The notes under the pieces are model-generated. The model worked only from the letters and a program-made list of their open reading frames with translations. It was not told the origin of the DNA and ran no database searches. DNA of 64,000 bases from an uncultured bacterium (GTDB taxonomy: Bacteria; Desulfobacterota; Deferrimicrobia; J040), in NCBI GenBank assembly GCA_964429585.1, contig CAYSCN010000010.1, positions 4,622 through 68,621 of the forward strand, read 5' to 3'. The position numbers were made by a program, and so were the translations under genes. Of this stretch, positions 41,348 through 52,016 are shown in pieces. Position 1 is the first letter of the stretch, and every line of letters begins with the position of its first letter.

Positions 41348-43430
41348 ATTTAAACTTCTGGCTTTTATCTTTCTTGTGATCGTGTTCACGACCTCTTCGG
41401 CGGATTCTCAGGTTTTGAAAGAGATTCCGTTCACAGGGGGGATGGTGAGGGTGGATGCGGGGAGAATAGAGGTCAGGAAAGACGAAGGGCTCGTGGAAGC
41501 GACCGGAGGTATCCTTCTGGAATACCAGGGGCGAAAGATCAGGGCGGATAGGGGTGTGTACTACTTCGAGAAGGGGATGATGGAGGCGATCGGAAACGTG
41601 ACTTTCACTGATGAGGGAGTGCAGTTTACATGTGAAAAGATAATCATAGATCTCGGGACGGGAAGGGTGGTTCTTGAGGACGGTGTGTTGAGGGTCAAGG
41701 ATGAGCACCTTTTTGTGCAGGCTGCGAGGTTCGTGGAGCTTCGGAAAGACCTCTTTTCGATTGAGGATGGCATGTTCAGCACGTGCGACCAGTGCGATAA
41801 GAGGGACTGGGAGATAGGCATAGGAAGCGGCAAGGTGAAGATGGGTGGTTACGCCACCGGAAGGAATATAACGTTGAAAGTCAGAGGGACTCCTTTATTC
41901 TGGCTTCCGTTTGCGTTTTTTCCTGCCAAGACGGAGAGGGAAACCGGATTTCTGATGCCCAACTTCTCGACCGATTCGAATAGAGGTACGAGATTCACTC
42001 TGCCGTTTTACATAGTGACGTCCGATTTCTCCGATCTCACTCTTTACTTCGACTACATGACAAAGAGAGGATACAAGCCGGCGGCCGAGTTCAGATACAG
42101 GCTCACCGAGAATTCCTCGGGAACCCTGTTGGGGGAATTCGTGAATGACAGGGAAAAGGAGGAAGAAAGATACAGGTTTTTTTACGAGACCTGGGTGACC
42201 GGAGACTTCCCCTTTTTCATGAACGGGAGGGTGGATTATCCTTCTGACGAGGAATATTTTCTCGATTTCCACGATGACATAGGATTGAGAACGGCGAGGC
42301 AGCTCATAAGTGACGGTTCGTTTGGATTCGAGGGAGATTCCGTGACTGTGGAGGTGGGTGGAACCTACATACAGAATCTCGATCCTGCTCTTTCGGGGAA
42401 GGATTCTATTCACGTTGCGCCTTCTTTGGTGTTCAGGGTAAAGAAAAAGAGGCTTTTGGGGCCTGTTTTTGCTTCGGGAAGCCTATCGTTCAGAAACTTT
42501 TATTCGGCTGTGGAAGGGGGCACACCCAAAGGCGCGCTGGATTTCAAGCTGGATCTGGTCGAAAAAGTTGCCGATGTGTTCATTTTATCAGGGAAGGCGC
42601 GTTTTTACGGCGGAGCGTACAATGGGAAAGATTCGGCTGGAGAGAGGAAGGTGGAGAAGATTTCTTACGTGGATTCCACTGTTTCTTTGAAGACTCAGCT
42701 GGAGCGTTTTTACGGGAAGATGAGTCACACCTTCGAACCTATGGTTTCGATACAGAAGACGGACAGGCTCACGAGTCTTCCACACAGAGAATTCGAGCCG
42801 TACGATAGAGCTCCGGAAAAAACGAGAGTGATCGCTGGTCTGGATAACACGCTGAGGAGGGAGGGGGAGATTCTGGGCACTCTTTCACTGAAGTATTCTT
42901 ACGACCTCGAGCGGGAGAGAAACACAAACGCGACGCTGCTCGACCCTTTTTCTCCTTACTTCAGAAATTACCAGGATCAGGTCGACATCGCCGTCGAGGG
43001 TTCACTTTCGGACGACAGGAGGTCGGACGTTTTCATTTCGGGGGAGTTCTACCCGCTCGAAGGAGGGGTTGTTGGTGGAGAAGCTTTCTACAACACCAAG
43101 TTTGGCAGGATGGACAAGTACACCGTCAAGTTCCGTTACAGGAAAGCCGAGGACCTGGAATTTCAGGGGTCTCTGAGGCACACGAGGACTCTCGCCACGG
43201 ACCTGAACCTGTTCCTTTCGTTTCTTCCATTCCGGTGGCTCAAATATAGAGGGTGGATCGATTATTCGCTGAAGGATAACGTAATTATAGAGAATACATC
43301 GTATTTCGAGTATATTCCAAAGAGCGAGTGCTGGAGCGTGACTTTTGGGGTGAGCCGCAAGACGAGGCCCGCGGAGACCACGTATTCGGTTTTCTTCTCG
43401 CTCCGGGGCATCGGGACTATCGGGAAATGA
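41304..43430 (+). CDS. lptD: LPS-assembly outer-membrane protein LptD (OstA family)
   Basis: 708 aa; signal peptide; N-terminal OstA-like beta-jellyroll; large C-terminal beta-barrel region rich in Y/F-terminated strands. Start uncertain (44-nt overlap with folC). Confidence 0.7.
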   Translation: MRGITDLWGKNLYFKFKLLAFIFLVIVFTTSSADSQVLKEIPFTGGMVRVDAGRIEVRKDEGLVEATGGILLEYQGRKIRADRGVYYFEKGMMEAIGNVTFTDEGVQFTCEKIIIDLGTGRVVLEDGVLRVKDEHLFVQAARFVELRKDLFSIEDGMFSTCDQCDKRDWEIGIGSGKVKMGGYATGRNITLKVRGTPLFWLPFAFFPAKTERETGFLMPNFSTDSNRGTRFTLPFYIVTSDFSDLTLYFDYMTKRGYKPAAEFRYRLTENSSGTLLGEFVNDREKEEERYRFFYETWVTGDFPFFMNGRVDYPSDEEYFLDFHDDIGLRTARQLISDGSFGFEGDSVTVEVGGTYIQNLDPALSGKDSIHVAPSLVFRVKKKRLLGPVFASGSLSFRNFYSAVEGGTPKGALDFKLDLVEKVADVFILSGKARFYGGAYNGKDSAGERKVEKISYVDSTVSLKTQLERFYGKMSHTFEPMVSIQKTDRLTSLPHREFEPYDRAPEKTRVIAGLDNTLRREGEILGTLSLKYSYDLERERNTNATLLDPFSPYFRNYQDQVDIAVEGSLSDDRRSDVFISGEFYPLEGGVVGGEAFYNTKFGRMDKYTVKFRYRKAEDLEFQGSLRHTRTLATDLNLFLSFLPFRWLKYRGWIDYSLKDNVIIENTSYFEYIPKSECWSVTFGVSRKTRPAETTYSVFFSLRGIGTIGK

Positions 43431-43441
43431 GGAGGTTTGAC

Positions 43442-44506
43442 ATGAAAGGACTCATTCTGAGCGGCGGAAAAGGAACGAGGCTTAGGCCTCTCACTTACAC
43501 GAGTGCCAAGCAGCTCATCCCGGTGGCGAACAAACCGGTTCTTTTTTACTGCCTGGAGGCGATGAAGGAGGCTGGAATCGAGGATGTGGGGATCATCGTT
43601 GGGGACACGAAGAAGGAGATAATGGAGGCGGTCGGTGACGGGAGCAGGTTCGGGTTGAGAGTAACCTATATCGAGCAGGAGGCTCCTCTCGGGCTCGCCC
43701 ACGCCGTGAAGATTGCTGAAGATTTCATTGGACGGGAAAGGTTCGTGATGATGCTGGGTGACAACCTGATAATGGAGGGTATCAGGAGGTTCGTCGATAG
43801 CTTCGACAAGGATAGCGCCAACAGCCACATTCTCCTGGCGAAGGTGAAAAACCCACAGCAATTCGGGGTTGCTATCGTGGAGGGCGGTAAGGTCGTGGAT
43901 CTGGTGGAGAAACCCAAAGAGCCGATTTCCGACCTGGCGCTGGTGGGCGTGTATCTGTTCGATGAAACGATATTCAAGGCGGTAAGGGAAATAAAACCCT
44001 CGTTCAGGGGGGAGCTGGAGATAACAGACGCGATAGCCTGGCTCGTGAAAAACGGATACAGCGTATCGCATCATCTGGTCTCGGGCTGGTGGAAGGATAC
44101 GGGAAAGCTGGAGGACATCCTCGAGGCGAACAGGCTGGTGCTCGACCAGCTCGAAGAGTGCGTGGAGGGGGATGTAGACGAGAACTCTCTCGTGGAGTTC
44201 AAGGTGGTGGTGGAGAAGGGGGCGAAAATAATCAGAAGCAGGGTGAGGGGACCGGCAGTCATAGGAAAGGACACGGTGATCGAGGATTCTTACATAGGAC
44301 CTTTCACGTCGATTTCCAGAGGTTGCGTCATAAAAGGAGTGGAACTGGAACACAGCATAGTGATGGACGAGTGTCAGATAATAGATGCCGGGGCGCGCAT
44401 TTCCGACTCGCTTCTCGGCAGAAGCGTGAAAATAATGAAGAGTGACAGAGTTCCAAGGACCATAAGCATCATGGCTGGCGACAGTTCTCAGATTACGCTA
44501 CCTTGA
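43442..44506 (+). CDS. rmlA: long-form glucose-1-phosphate thymidylyltransferase (nucleotidyltransferase plus C-terminal left-handed beta-helix)
   Basis: MKGLILSGGKGTRLRPLT sugar-nucleotidyltransferase signature; 355 aa with C-terminal hexapeptide-like repeats. The ORF-track start at 43328 is rejected because a GGAGG lies before the 43442 ATG. Confidence 0.8.
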   Translation: MKGLILSGGKGTRLRPLTYTSAKQLIPVANKPVLFYCLEAMKEAGIEDVGIIVGDTKKEIMEAVGDGSRFGLRVTYIEQEAPLGLAHAVKIAEDFIGRERFVMMLGDNLIMEGIRRFVDSFDKDSANSHILLAKVKNPQQFGVAIVEGGKVVDLVEKPKEPISDLALVGVYLFDETIFKAVREIKPSFRGELEITDAIAWLVKNGYSVSHHLVSGWWKDTGKLEDILEANRLVLDQLEECVEGDVDENSLVEFKVVVEKGAKIIRSRVRGPAVIGKDTVIEDSYIGPFTSISRGCVIKGVELEHSIVMDECQIIDAGARISDSLLGRSVKIMKSDRVPRTISIMAGDSSQITLP

Positions 44507-44532
44507 GGCACAAAAACTGTAGGAGGGAAGTG

Positions 44533-44988
44533 ATGATAGAAGGTGTGGTAATAAAGAAGCTCAGGGTCATTCCCGATGAAAGGGGAAGACTCATGGAAAT
44601 CATGCGATCGGATGATGAGCTTTTCATAAAATTCGGTCAGGTTTACATGACGACCGGATATCCAGGGGTGGTCAAGGCGTGGCATTATCACAGGAAACAG
44701 TGGGACAACTTCTGTGTCGTGAAGGGGATGATGAAGGTGGTTCTATACGACGCGAGAGAGGATTCACCGACGAAGGGGGAGATCATGGAACTCTTCATGG
44801 GCGAACACAACCCCATTCTCCTTCGTATTCCGCCGCTCGTGTATCACGGATTCAAGACGATAAGTGAGAATGAGGCGATTCTAATAAATATACCGACTGA
44901 GCTATACAACTACGAAGAGCCGGATGAGCACAGGGTCCATCCCCACGACAACGATATTCCTTATTCGTGGGAGAGGAGGGACGGCTGA
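44533..44988 (+). CDS. rmlC: dTDP-4-dehydrorhamnose 3,5-epimerase-like cupin
   Basis: MIEGVVIKKLRVIPDERGRLMEI...WHYH...; RmlC-like cupin signature; start set at the ATG after GGAGGG. Confidence 0.75.
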   Translation: MIEGVVIKKLRVIPDERGRLMEIMRSDDELFIKFGQVYMTTGYPGVVKAWHYHRKQWDNFCVVKGMMKVVLYDAREDSPTKGEIMELFMGEHNPILLRIPPLVYHGFKTISENEAILINIPTELYNYEEPDEHRVHPHDNDIPYSWERRDG

Positions 44989-46028
44989 TGAAGATTTTCG
45001 TGGCTGGCGGGGCAGGATTCATAGGCTCAAATTTCATCAGATACATGCTTTCCAAGTACGATGATGTGGAGATACTCAATTTCGACAAGCTCACATATGC
45101 CGGCAACCTGGAGAATCTCAGGGATGTTGAAAATGACTCGAGATACAGTTTCGTCAGGGGAGACATTTCCGAGCTTGTTGACGTCAGGGAACACTTGACG
45201 GATGAATTCGATGTGGTGGTGAATTTCGCTGCGGAATCTCACGTGGACAGAAGCATTCACGATCCGGTTCCGTTTTTGAGAACCAACGTTCTCGGGACGG
45301 GGATTCTCCTGAGCGTCGCCAGAGAGAGGAATATTCCACTATTCGTCCAAATATCTACGGATGAAGTTTATGGAAGCCTTGGGCCGGAAGGGCTTTTCAC
45401 TGAAAAGACTCCATTGGCTCCCAACAGTCCCTATTCGGCATCGAAGGCTTCAGCCGATCTCGTCGCAAGATCTTATTTCAAGACTTTCGGCTACCCGGTC
45501 ATAATCACGAGGTGTTCGAACAATTATGGACCATACCAGTTCCCGGAGAAGCTCATTCCGCTGTTTATAACGAATGCTCTCGAAGACAAGCCTCTTCCTC
45601 TCTATGGTGACGGTTTGAACGTTCGTGACTGGATTTACGTGGACGATCACTCTGAAGCTATAGATCTGGTAATGAGAAAAGGCAAACCTGGAGAAGTCTA
45701 CAACATAGGCGGCGAGTGTGAAAAAACGAATCTCGAGATAACGGAAACCATTCTGGAGCTTTTGGGCAAGCCAAGGTCTCTCATCAGGTTCGTCGAAGAC
45801 AGGCCGGGACACGACAGAAGGTATGCGATGGACATCTCGAAGATAAGAGAGGAGCTGGGGTTTGAGCCGAAGACTCCATTTATCGAGGGAATGAAAAAAA
45901 CGGTAGAATGGTATAAGGATAACGAACAGTGGTGGAGGAACGTGAAAAGTGGCGAATATCTTCTCTATTATGAGAAGGTCTACGGAAAAAGGCTCTCCCA
46001 AGAAGAAGGTGCTCCTCCTCGGCGCTGA
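44988..46028 (+). CDS. rmlB: dTDP-glucose 4,6-dehydratase
   Basis: MKIFVAGGAGFIGSNF Rossmann; YSASKAS catalytic YxxxK; 1-nt overlap (TGATG) with rmlC. Confidence 0.9.
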   Translation: MKIFVAGGAGFIGSNFIRYMLSKYDDVEILNFDKLTYAGNLENLRDVENDSRYSFVRGDISELVDVREHLTDEFDVVVNFAAESHVDRSIHDPVPFLRTNVLGTGILLSVARERNIPLFVQISTDEVYGSLGPEGLFTEKTPLAPNSPYSASKASADLVARSYFKTFGYPVIITRCSNNYGPYQFPEKLIPLFITNALEDKPLPLYGDGLNVRDWIYVDDHSEAIDLVMRKGKPGEVYNIGGECEKTNLEITETILELLGKPRSLIRFVEDRPGHDRRYAMDISKIREELGFEPKTPFIEGMKKTVEWYKDNEQWWRNVKSGEYLLYYEKVYGKRLSQEEGAPPRR

Positions 46029-46863
46029 CGGAATGCTCGCACACGATCTTTTCGAGGTGTTTCGGGAAGAGTTCGAGGTGGTTCCGAAAAACAGGAGAGA
46101 GGTTGACATAACTCTCGAGACCGATGTGAGAAGAGCGATCTTGTCGGTTAGGCCCGACGTGGTGTTGAACGCCGCTGGATACACCGCAGTCGACAGGGCA
46201 GAAAAAGAGAGAGAACTCGCCCTGGCTGTAAACGGCAGGGCTCCCGGATTGCTTGGAAGAGTCTGTCGAGAAGCGGGGGCGCTTTTGGTCCACTTCAGCA
46301 CGGATTACGTATTCGATGGAGAAAAAAGGGCTCCCTACGCCGAAGAGGACGATACTTCTCCTTTGAATCATTACGGATACACGAAATTGCTCGGGGAAGG
46401 GGAGGTGATCGAATCGGGATGTGAATATTTGATAATAAGAACCCAGTGGCTCTTCGGGCCCAAAGGGAGGAATTTCGTTTTTTCCATAGTGGACAGATTC
46501 AGGAGAGAGGGGAGAGCGTCGGTCGTGAACGATCAGGTCGGATGTCCAACTCACACTCACGATCTGGCTTTGGCCACGTTCAGGCTCGTCACCGGTAACC
46601 AGAGGGGAATTTTTCACTTCTCCGGCGAGGGAGAAACTACCTGGTTCGACTTTGCCAGGAAAATAGCTGAACTCGCCGTTCCCGAAGATGTGGACATAAC
46701 CCCAATCAAAAGTGTTGATTTGAAATTGCCTGCCAGAAGGCCGCAGTATTCTGTGCTTTCGAAGAAGAAATATACCGACGCCGTTGGTTCTCCACCCAGG
46801 CACTGGGAGGAGATGCTGAAAAGCTTCCTCAAAAGGGTGTTCGAGGGAGGGGTCGTCTGGTAG
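45970..46863 (+). CDS. rmlD: dTDP-4-dehydrorhamnose reductase
   Basis: KVLLLGADGMLAHDL Rossmann; YGYTKLLGE YxxxK; overlaps the rmlB 3' end. Start 45970 (ATG) or 45949 (GTG). Confidence 0.8.
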   Translation: MRRSTEKGSPKKKVLLLGADGMLAHDLFEVFREEFEVVPKNRREVDITLETDVRRAILSVRPDVVLNAAGYTAVDRAEKERELALAVNGRAPGLLGRVCREAGALLVHFSTDYVFDGEKRAPYAEEDDTSPLNHYGYTKLLGEGEVIESGCEYLIIRTQWLFGPKGRNFVFSIVDRFRREGRASVVNDQVGCPTHTHDLALATFRLVTGNQRGIFHFSGEGETTWFDFARKIAELAVPEDVDITPIKSVDLKLPARRPQYSVLSKKKYTDAVGSPPRHWEEMLKSFLKRVFEGGVVW

Positions 46864-46878
46864 GGGAGTGTGTTTGAG

Positions 46879-47787
46879 ATGAGAATTCTCGTCACAGGAG
46901 GAGCCGGCTTCATCGGGTCTCATCTGACCGACAGGTTTCTCGAACTCGGTCATGAAGTTTTCGTTCTGGACAATCTTGAAACCGGCAGAAAGGAAAACGT
47001 GAGCGATGGCGCTCACTTCATACTTGGTGATGTGAGGGGTGAAGTTCTTCACGACGTTGTGAGAAAATTCAGGCCCGAGGTGATCTGCCATCACGCGGGA
47101 CTGCCGTCGGTTGGGGATTCTTTGAGGATGCCGGACCTTTATGCATCCGTCAATTTTCATGGAACGCTCAACGTGGCCATGGCGGCCGAAAAGTACCGTG
47201 TCCAGCGGGTGATATACGGGTCTGCTGCCACTCCCCTGTATGGGTTTCAGCCTGAAGGTGCCGTCACGGAGGAGGCGTTGCTCAGTCCCGCCACTCCTTA
47301 CGGCGTTTACGTTGCGGCATCCGAGCTTCTTCTAAAGACCTATGGGAAAAGAGGGCTGGACGTGGTTTGTCTCAGGTATTCCAACGTATATGGAACCCGC
47401 CAGAATCCATACAGAGGCGGCGTCATTGCGATATTCATGGAGTCTGCCATCCAGGATCAGGTCCTGTTCGTTCACGGCGATGGATGGCAGAAAAGAGACT
47501 TCATCCACGTGGAAGACGTGGTCAGAGCAAACGTGGCTGCTCTGGATTACGGAGAGGGTGAATCCATACACGTTTGCACCGGAGTAGAGACGAGCATAAG
47601 ATCCCTCGCCCAGATGGTAGGAGAAGTCGTCGGCAAGGAACCTTCGATCGTATATGGGTCGGATTTAAAGGATGTCTATGGAGCCACGAATCTTTCCAAT
47701 TCCAAAGCGTGGGACGTGCTCGGCTGGTCCCCTCAAATTTCCCTGCCGGAAGGGCTCAAAATGGTTTATCAGAACTACCTCACCTGA
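46879..47787 (+). CDS. NAD-dependent nucleoside-diphosphate-sugar epimerase (GalE/WbpP-like)
   Basis: MRILVTGGAGFIGSHL Rossmann; YGVYVAASE YxxxK region; SDR-extended family. Confidence 0.75.
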   Translation: MRILVTGGAGFIGSHLTDRFLELGHEVFVLDNLETGRKENVSDGAHFILGDVRGEVLHDVVRKFRPEVICHHAGLPSVGDSLRMPDLYASVNFHGTLNVAMAAEKYRVQRVIYGSAATPLYGFQPEGAVTEEALLSPATPYGVYVAASELLLKTYGKRGLDVVCLRYSNVYGTRQNPYRGGVIAIFMESAIQDQVLFVHGDGWQKRDFIHVEDVVRANVAALDYGEGESIHVCTGVETSIRSLAQMVGEVVGKEPSIVYGSDLKDVYGATNLSNSKAWDVLGWSPQISLPEGLKMVYQNYLT

Positions 47788-47851
47788 TATGGTCGTCTTC
47801 GCTTGATTTCTGTTATAGTAAACGATTGTATTTCCGTTTGGCAGAGGTGTC

Positions 47852-49648
47852 ATGAAAGACAGAATAAGGAATTTTTCGATAATCGCTCACGTGGATCACG
47901 GCAAATCTACTCTCGCTGATCGGCTGCTCGAGTTCACCGGAGCAATCACCGAGAGAGAGAAGGTGGACCAGTATCTCGATACTATGGACCTGGAGAGAGA
48001 AAGAGGGATAACGATCAAAGCTCAGACGGTAAGGCTCAATTACAAAGCTTCGGACGGGAACTTATATTTCCTCAACCTTATTGACACGCCGGGTCACGTG
48101 GATTTTTCCTACGAAGTTTCAAGAAGCCTCGCTGCCTGCGAGGGTGCCCTTCTGGTCGTTGATGCTTCCCAGGGGGTGGAAGCACAAACTCTGGCCAATG
48201 TGTATCAGGCGATAGATCAGGAACTGGAGGTGATTCCGGTAATCAACAAGATAGACCTGCCCAACGCCGATCCTGAAAGAGTTAGGAGAGAAATAGAGGA
48301 AGTCATTGGCCTGGAAACGGAGAACCTCGTTCTGGCAAGCGCCAAGACTGGCGAGGGGACAGAGGAAATCCTGGAGAAGATTGTGAGCCTGATTCCTCCT
48401 CCATCTGGAAATGAAGATGAACCCCTGAAGGCTCTCGTCATAGATTCCTGGTTCGACAATTATCAGGGTGTGGTGACCTTGATAAGAGTGTTCGACGGCA
48501 CGGTGCGAGTGGGCGACAGAATATTTCTCATGGCTACAGGCAGGGAGTATGAAGTGAGTCGCCTTGGTGTTTTCGCGCCCAAACCCACCCCCGTCAGGGA
48601 ACTATCTGTGGGAGAAGTGGGTTTCCTGATGGCGGGCATAAAGGATGTCAGAGAGATGAAGGTGGGCGATACCATCACTCATGCCAGGAGGAAGGCTCTT
48701 GTGCCCCTGCCGGGGTTCAAGAACGTCAAGCCAATGGTTTTTGCGGGCCTGTATCCTGTCAGATCGGAGGACTACGAGGATCTCAAGGATGCCATTGAGA
48801 AGCTCAGGCTCAACGATTCCTCTTTTACGGCCGAGCCGGAGACTTCCACCGCTCTGGGTTTCGGGTTCAGGTGCGGGTTTCTCGGGCTGCTGCACATGGA
48901 AATAATCCAGGAGAGGTTAGAAAGGGAATTCGAAATAGAGCTAATCACCACTGCTCCCACTGTGAGGTACAGAGTGGTCAAAAAGACTGGAGAGGTCGTC
49001 GAAATAGACAGCCCTTCTCAGCTCCCTCCTCAGGTGGAGATCGATCACATGGAGGAGCCTGTCATTACTGCCACGATTCACGTGCCAGGTGAGTATCTCG
49101 GGCCGGTGCTCAAACTGTGCGAGGACAAAAGGGGGATACAGAGAGATTTGAAGTTCCTGACCGGTAACAGGGTGATTCTCACTTATGACCTTCCTTTGAA
49201 CGAGATTGTGCTCGACTTCTACGACAAGATAAAGACCGTGTCGAGGGGCTATGCTTCACTCGACTACGAGTTCAGGGGGTATCAGGAGTCCGACCTCGTC
49301 CTGCTTGACATATTGATAAACAAGGAGAAGGTGGATGCCCTTTCCACGATTGTTCACAGGGACAAGGCATATTACAGAGGCAGGGAATTGACGCAAAAGT
49401 TGAAGGAGCTGATTCCGAGGCAGTTGTTCGAGGTGGTCATACAGGCGGCGATAGGTTCCAAAGTCATTGCCCGGGAGACGGTCAAACCGCTGAGAAAAAA
49501 CGTTCTGGCGAAATGTTATGGGGGAGACGTGACGAGGAAGAGAAAGCTGCTCGAGAGGCAGAAGGAAGGGAAGAAGAGGATGAAGCAGGTGGGAACGGTG
49601 GAGATACCACAGGAGGCGTTCCTGGCAATATTAAAGATAAAGGATTGA
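47852..49648 (+). CDS. lepA: elongation factor 4 (LepA)
   Basis: 598 aa; [11 protein letters not shown]1, DTPGHVDF G3, NKIDL G4; LepA-specific C-terminal domain. Confidence 0.95.
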   Translation: MKDRIRNFSIIAHVDHGKSTLADRLLEFTGAITEREKVDQYLDTMDLERERGITIKAQTVRLNYKASDGNLYFLNLIDTPGHVDFSYEVSRSLAACEGALLVVDASQGVEAQTLANVYQAIDQELEVIPVINKIDLPNADPERVRREIEEVIGLETENLVLASAKTGEGTEEILEKIVSLIPPPSGNEDEPLKALVIDSWFDNYQGVVTLIRVFDGTVRVGDRIFLMATGREYEVSRLGVFAPKPTPVRELSVGEVGFLMAGIKDVREMKVGDTITHARRKALVPLPGFKNVKPMVFAGLYPVRSEDYEDLKDAIEKLRLNDSSFTAEPETSTALGFGFRCGFLGLLHMEIIQERLEREFEIELITTAPTVRYRVVKKTGEVVEIDSPSQLPPQVEIDHMEEPVITATIHVPGEYLGPVLKLCEDKRGIQRDLKFLTGNRVILTYDLPLNEIVLDFYDKIKTVSRGYASLDYEFRGYQESDLVLLDILINKEKVDALSTIVHRDKAYYRGRELTQKLKELIPRQLFEVVIQAAIGSKVIARETVKPLRKNVLAKCYGGDVTRKRKLLERQKEGKKRMKQVGTVEIPQEAFLAILKIKD

Positions 49649-49652
49649 TGTC

Positions 49653-50333
49653 ATGGGGAAAAAAACGGAGACGGAGATCAAGCTGGAGGACAAGAAAGAG
49701 GTGAGGAGGGCGGGTGTTTTTCGAGAGTACCTGGAAGCCCTCATAATCGCGATAATCATCGCTCTCTTCATCAGGACGTTCGTCATTCAGGCATTCAAGA
49801 TACCTTCCGGTTCGATGGAGCCCACTCTTCTCATCGGAGACCACATATTCGTCAACAAGTTCATTTACGGTTTCAGAGTTCCTTTTTTGAAGAAGAGAGT
49901 GCTCACCTTCACGAAACCCAAGCGGGGGGACATCATAGTTTTCATATTCCCGGAAGACAGGTCGAAGGATTTCATCAAGAGAGTGGTGGGCGTGGAAGGA
50001 GACGTGATAGAGGTCAGGAACAAAGTTCTCTACGTGAACGGCGTTCCTCAGGACGAGCCCTACGTTCAGCACGTGGATGATGGGGTCATTATCCCCCAGA
50101 GGGACAACTTCGGGCCTTACAGGGTTCCTCCGGGAAAACTGTTCGTCATGGGGGATAACAGGGACAGGAGTTACGACTCCAGGTTCTGGAAGTGCGTGGA
50201 CGTGAGTGATGTTCTGGGTAAAGCTTTCATAATATATTTCTCCATCAAGAACGATCCGGAGTCCCGCTGGTACGAGGTGTGGAAGTTACCTCAGAGGATT
50301 AGGTGGGACAGAATTGGAAAGCTCATCAACTGA
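49653..50333 (+). CDS. lepB: signal peptidase I
   Basis: 226 aa; catalytic PSGSMEPTL Ser box and KRVVG Lys box; GDNRD...S box E. Confidence 0.9.
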   Translation: MGKKTETEIKLEDKKEVRRAGVFREYLEALIIAIIIALFIRTFVIQAFKIPSGSMEPTLLIGDHIFVNKFIYGFRVPFLKKRVLTFTKPKRGDIIVFIFPEDRSKDFIKRVVGVEGDVIEVRNKVLYVNGVPQDEPYVQHVDDGVIIPQRDNFGPYRVPPGKLFVMGDNRDRSYDSRFWKCVDVSDVLGKAFIIYFSIKNDPESRWYEVWKLPQRIRWDRIGKLIN

Positions 50334-52016
50334 GGGTGGCTTTTTTTGCTTCCTGGGGAAGTACATCTTGAAAGTCGATCCCTCCCCGGGAGTGCTCTCC
50401 ACATCCACATATCCGTCGTGTTGCTTCACTATTCCGAAAACTGCCGAAAGGCCAAGCCCCATGGCATCTCTGTGTTCTTTCAACGTGAAGAAGGGGAGGA
50501 ATATTCGATCCAGCAGGCCAGGCGGTATGCCCGGGCCATCGTCTGATACTGCTACATACGCGTAGTCACCCGGTTTGAGCCCGGGCTTGCGAGATGCTTC
50601 TTCGCTCGAAAACGATGCGATTCCAGTATGGATTAATATGTTACCTTTTCCTTCAGTGGCTTCCACTGCGTTTTCTACCAGGAGTCTGAGTGCTTTCTCC
50701 ACGAGCGTTCTGTCGACCTGTGCCGATGGGGCGGGGGTCCAGAAACGGACATTGAGTTTCAGGTTTTCTCCCGCCAGTTTCTGAAGCTCCGGCAAAAGTT
50801 TTCTCACGAAATCATTCAGATTCGTTTCGACCGGGTTGTATGCGTATTTCCTGCCATAGGAAAGCAGTCTTCTGACGAGAGTGGATGAGCGTTCTACGAT
50901 GTTCAATATGGCGTCTATTCGCTCCACCAGTTCGGTCTGGTCGCTGTATTTGAGCTTCAGTATTTCGCAGTATCCGGTTATGGCGGCGAGATGATTGTTG
51001 GTGAAGTGGGCTATTCCGGTGATTATCCTTTCGAGCTCTTCTATTTTTCTCAAAAGAGCCGTCCTGCTTTCTTCCCTGGGTGATGCTTCTGCAAGAGATG
51101 CCATGTCGGGTCTTATCAGTTCGAATACGTCGGCGAGTCCTCTCGTGATGCGCTGAAGGTTTTTTCTGATTTCAGTCGATTTCTCTTCGTACTCCACTCC
51201 TTCCAGGACGAGGCCGTAGAGCTTTCCCGTCAGGATGAGTATGTTTTTTATTTCCCTGGAGAGTTTTTTTTGGGGATTGTATATCTCCACTATGCCCGAA
51301 AGTGTGCCGTTTTCCCGAAACAGTGGGATGGCTACCATGGAGTCGGCTTCGATGAATTTCCTTTTTTCTGGGTCCAGAACCGGGTCGTTCTTCATATCGG
51401 GCGAGTGGTATATGTCACGAGTTTTCGTCAAGTGACCGGCTATTTCTTCCTCACTCCCAAGCTTTATGTAGAGGGAATATATTCTTCCCGTTCTCATTTC
51501 TACGAGCTCCCTGTACTCGATGTATCCATTCCGTGCAGCTCCGGCAGAAGCCGTCTCACCTCCGAGAATTCTGCCGAAGGTGTGGCACATGTCTCTGATT
51601 ACCAGATAGTTGCGGCCTATCTGGAGGAGCTTCTTGAAGTGCTCTTTCCCGAACTGGAAAGACTCGAGGATCTCCAGTATCTCTTTTTTTCTCTCTTCGA
51701 CGCTTTCGATGAAGTTTCCCGCGAGAATAATGGAGGAGGGGATATTGCCTCGCATTACCGGGCGGATAGAGACAACGGAGGAAATCGTTTTTCCCTCGAT
51801 GGAAAAGATCAGGCGAGTGCTGTATTCGCTCCCGGTTTCCAGAACTTTTTTGAGGGCTTTGTCGAGTTCCATTCTGCTCTCGGGAGAAACGAGGCTGGAT
51901 AAGCTTTTGCCGATTAGCTTTTCGCCGATTCCCGTCGTCCTTGTGGCCGGGCCGGATATTCCCGAGATGATTCCGCCCGGTGAGATGAAGAGGATGTAGG
52001 TTCCATTGTCTTCCAT
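50286..52016 (-). CDS. cytoplasmic PAS/GAF sensor histidine kinase (orphan, no adjacent response regulator)
   Basis: 576 aa; no TM; PAS-like N-terminus; GAF-like middle; H-box HFTNNHLAAITGY; HATPase_c with N, D-x-G-x-G (DDGPGI) and G-x-G-L-G-L (GLGLS) boxes. Confidence 0.85.
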   Translation of the reverse strand: MEDNGTYILFISPGGIISGISGPATRTTGIGEKLIGKSLSSLVSPESRMELDKALKKVLETGSEYSTRLIFSIEGKTISSVVSIRPVMRGNIPSSIILAGNFIESVEERKKEILEILESFQFGKEHFKKLLQIGRNYLVIRDMCHTFGRILGGETASAGAARNGYIEYRELVEMRTGRIYSLYIKLGSEEEIAGHLTKTRDIYHSPDMKNDPVLDPEKRKFIEADSMVAIPLFRENGTLSGIVEIYNPQKKLSREIKNILILTGKLYGLVLEGVEYEEKSTEIRKNLQRITRGLADVFELIRPDMASLAEASPREESRTALLRKIEELERIITGIAHFTNNHLAAITGYCEILKLKYSDQTELVERIDAILNIVERSSTLVRRLLSYGRKYAYNPVETNLNDFVRKLLPELQKLAGENLKLNVRFWTPAPSAQVDRTLVEKALRLLVENAVEATEGKGNILIHTGIASFSSEEASRKPGLKPGDYAYVAVSDDGPGIPPGLLDRIFLPFFTLKEHRDAMGLGLSAVFGIVKQHDGYVDVESTPGEGSTFKMYFPRKQKKPPSVDELSNSVPPNPLR

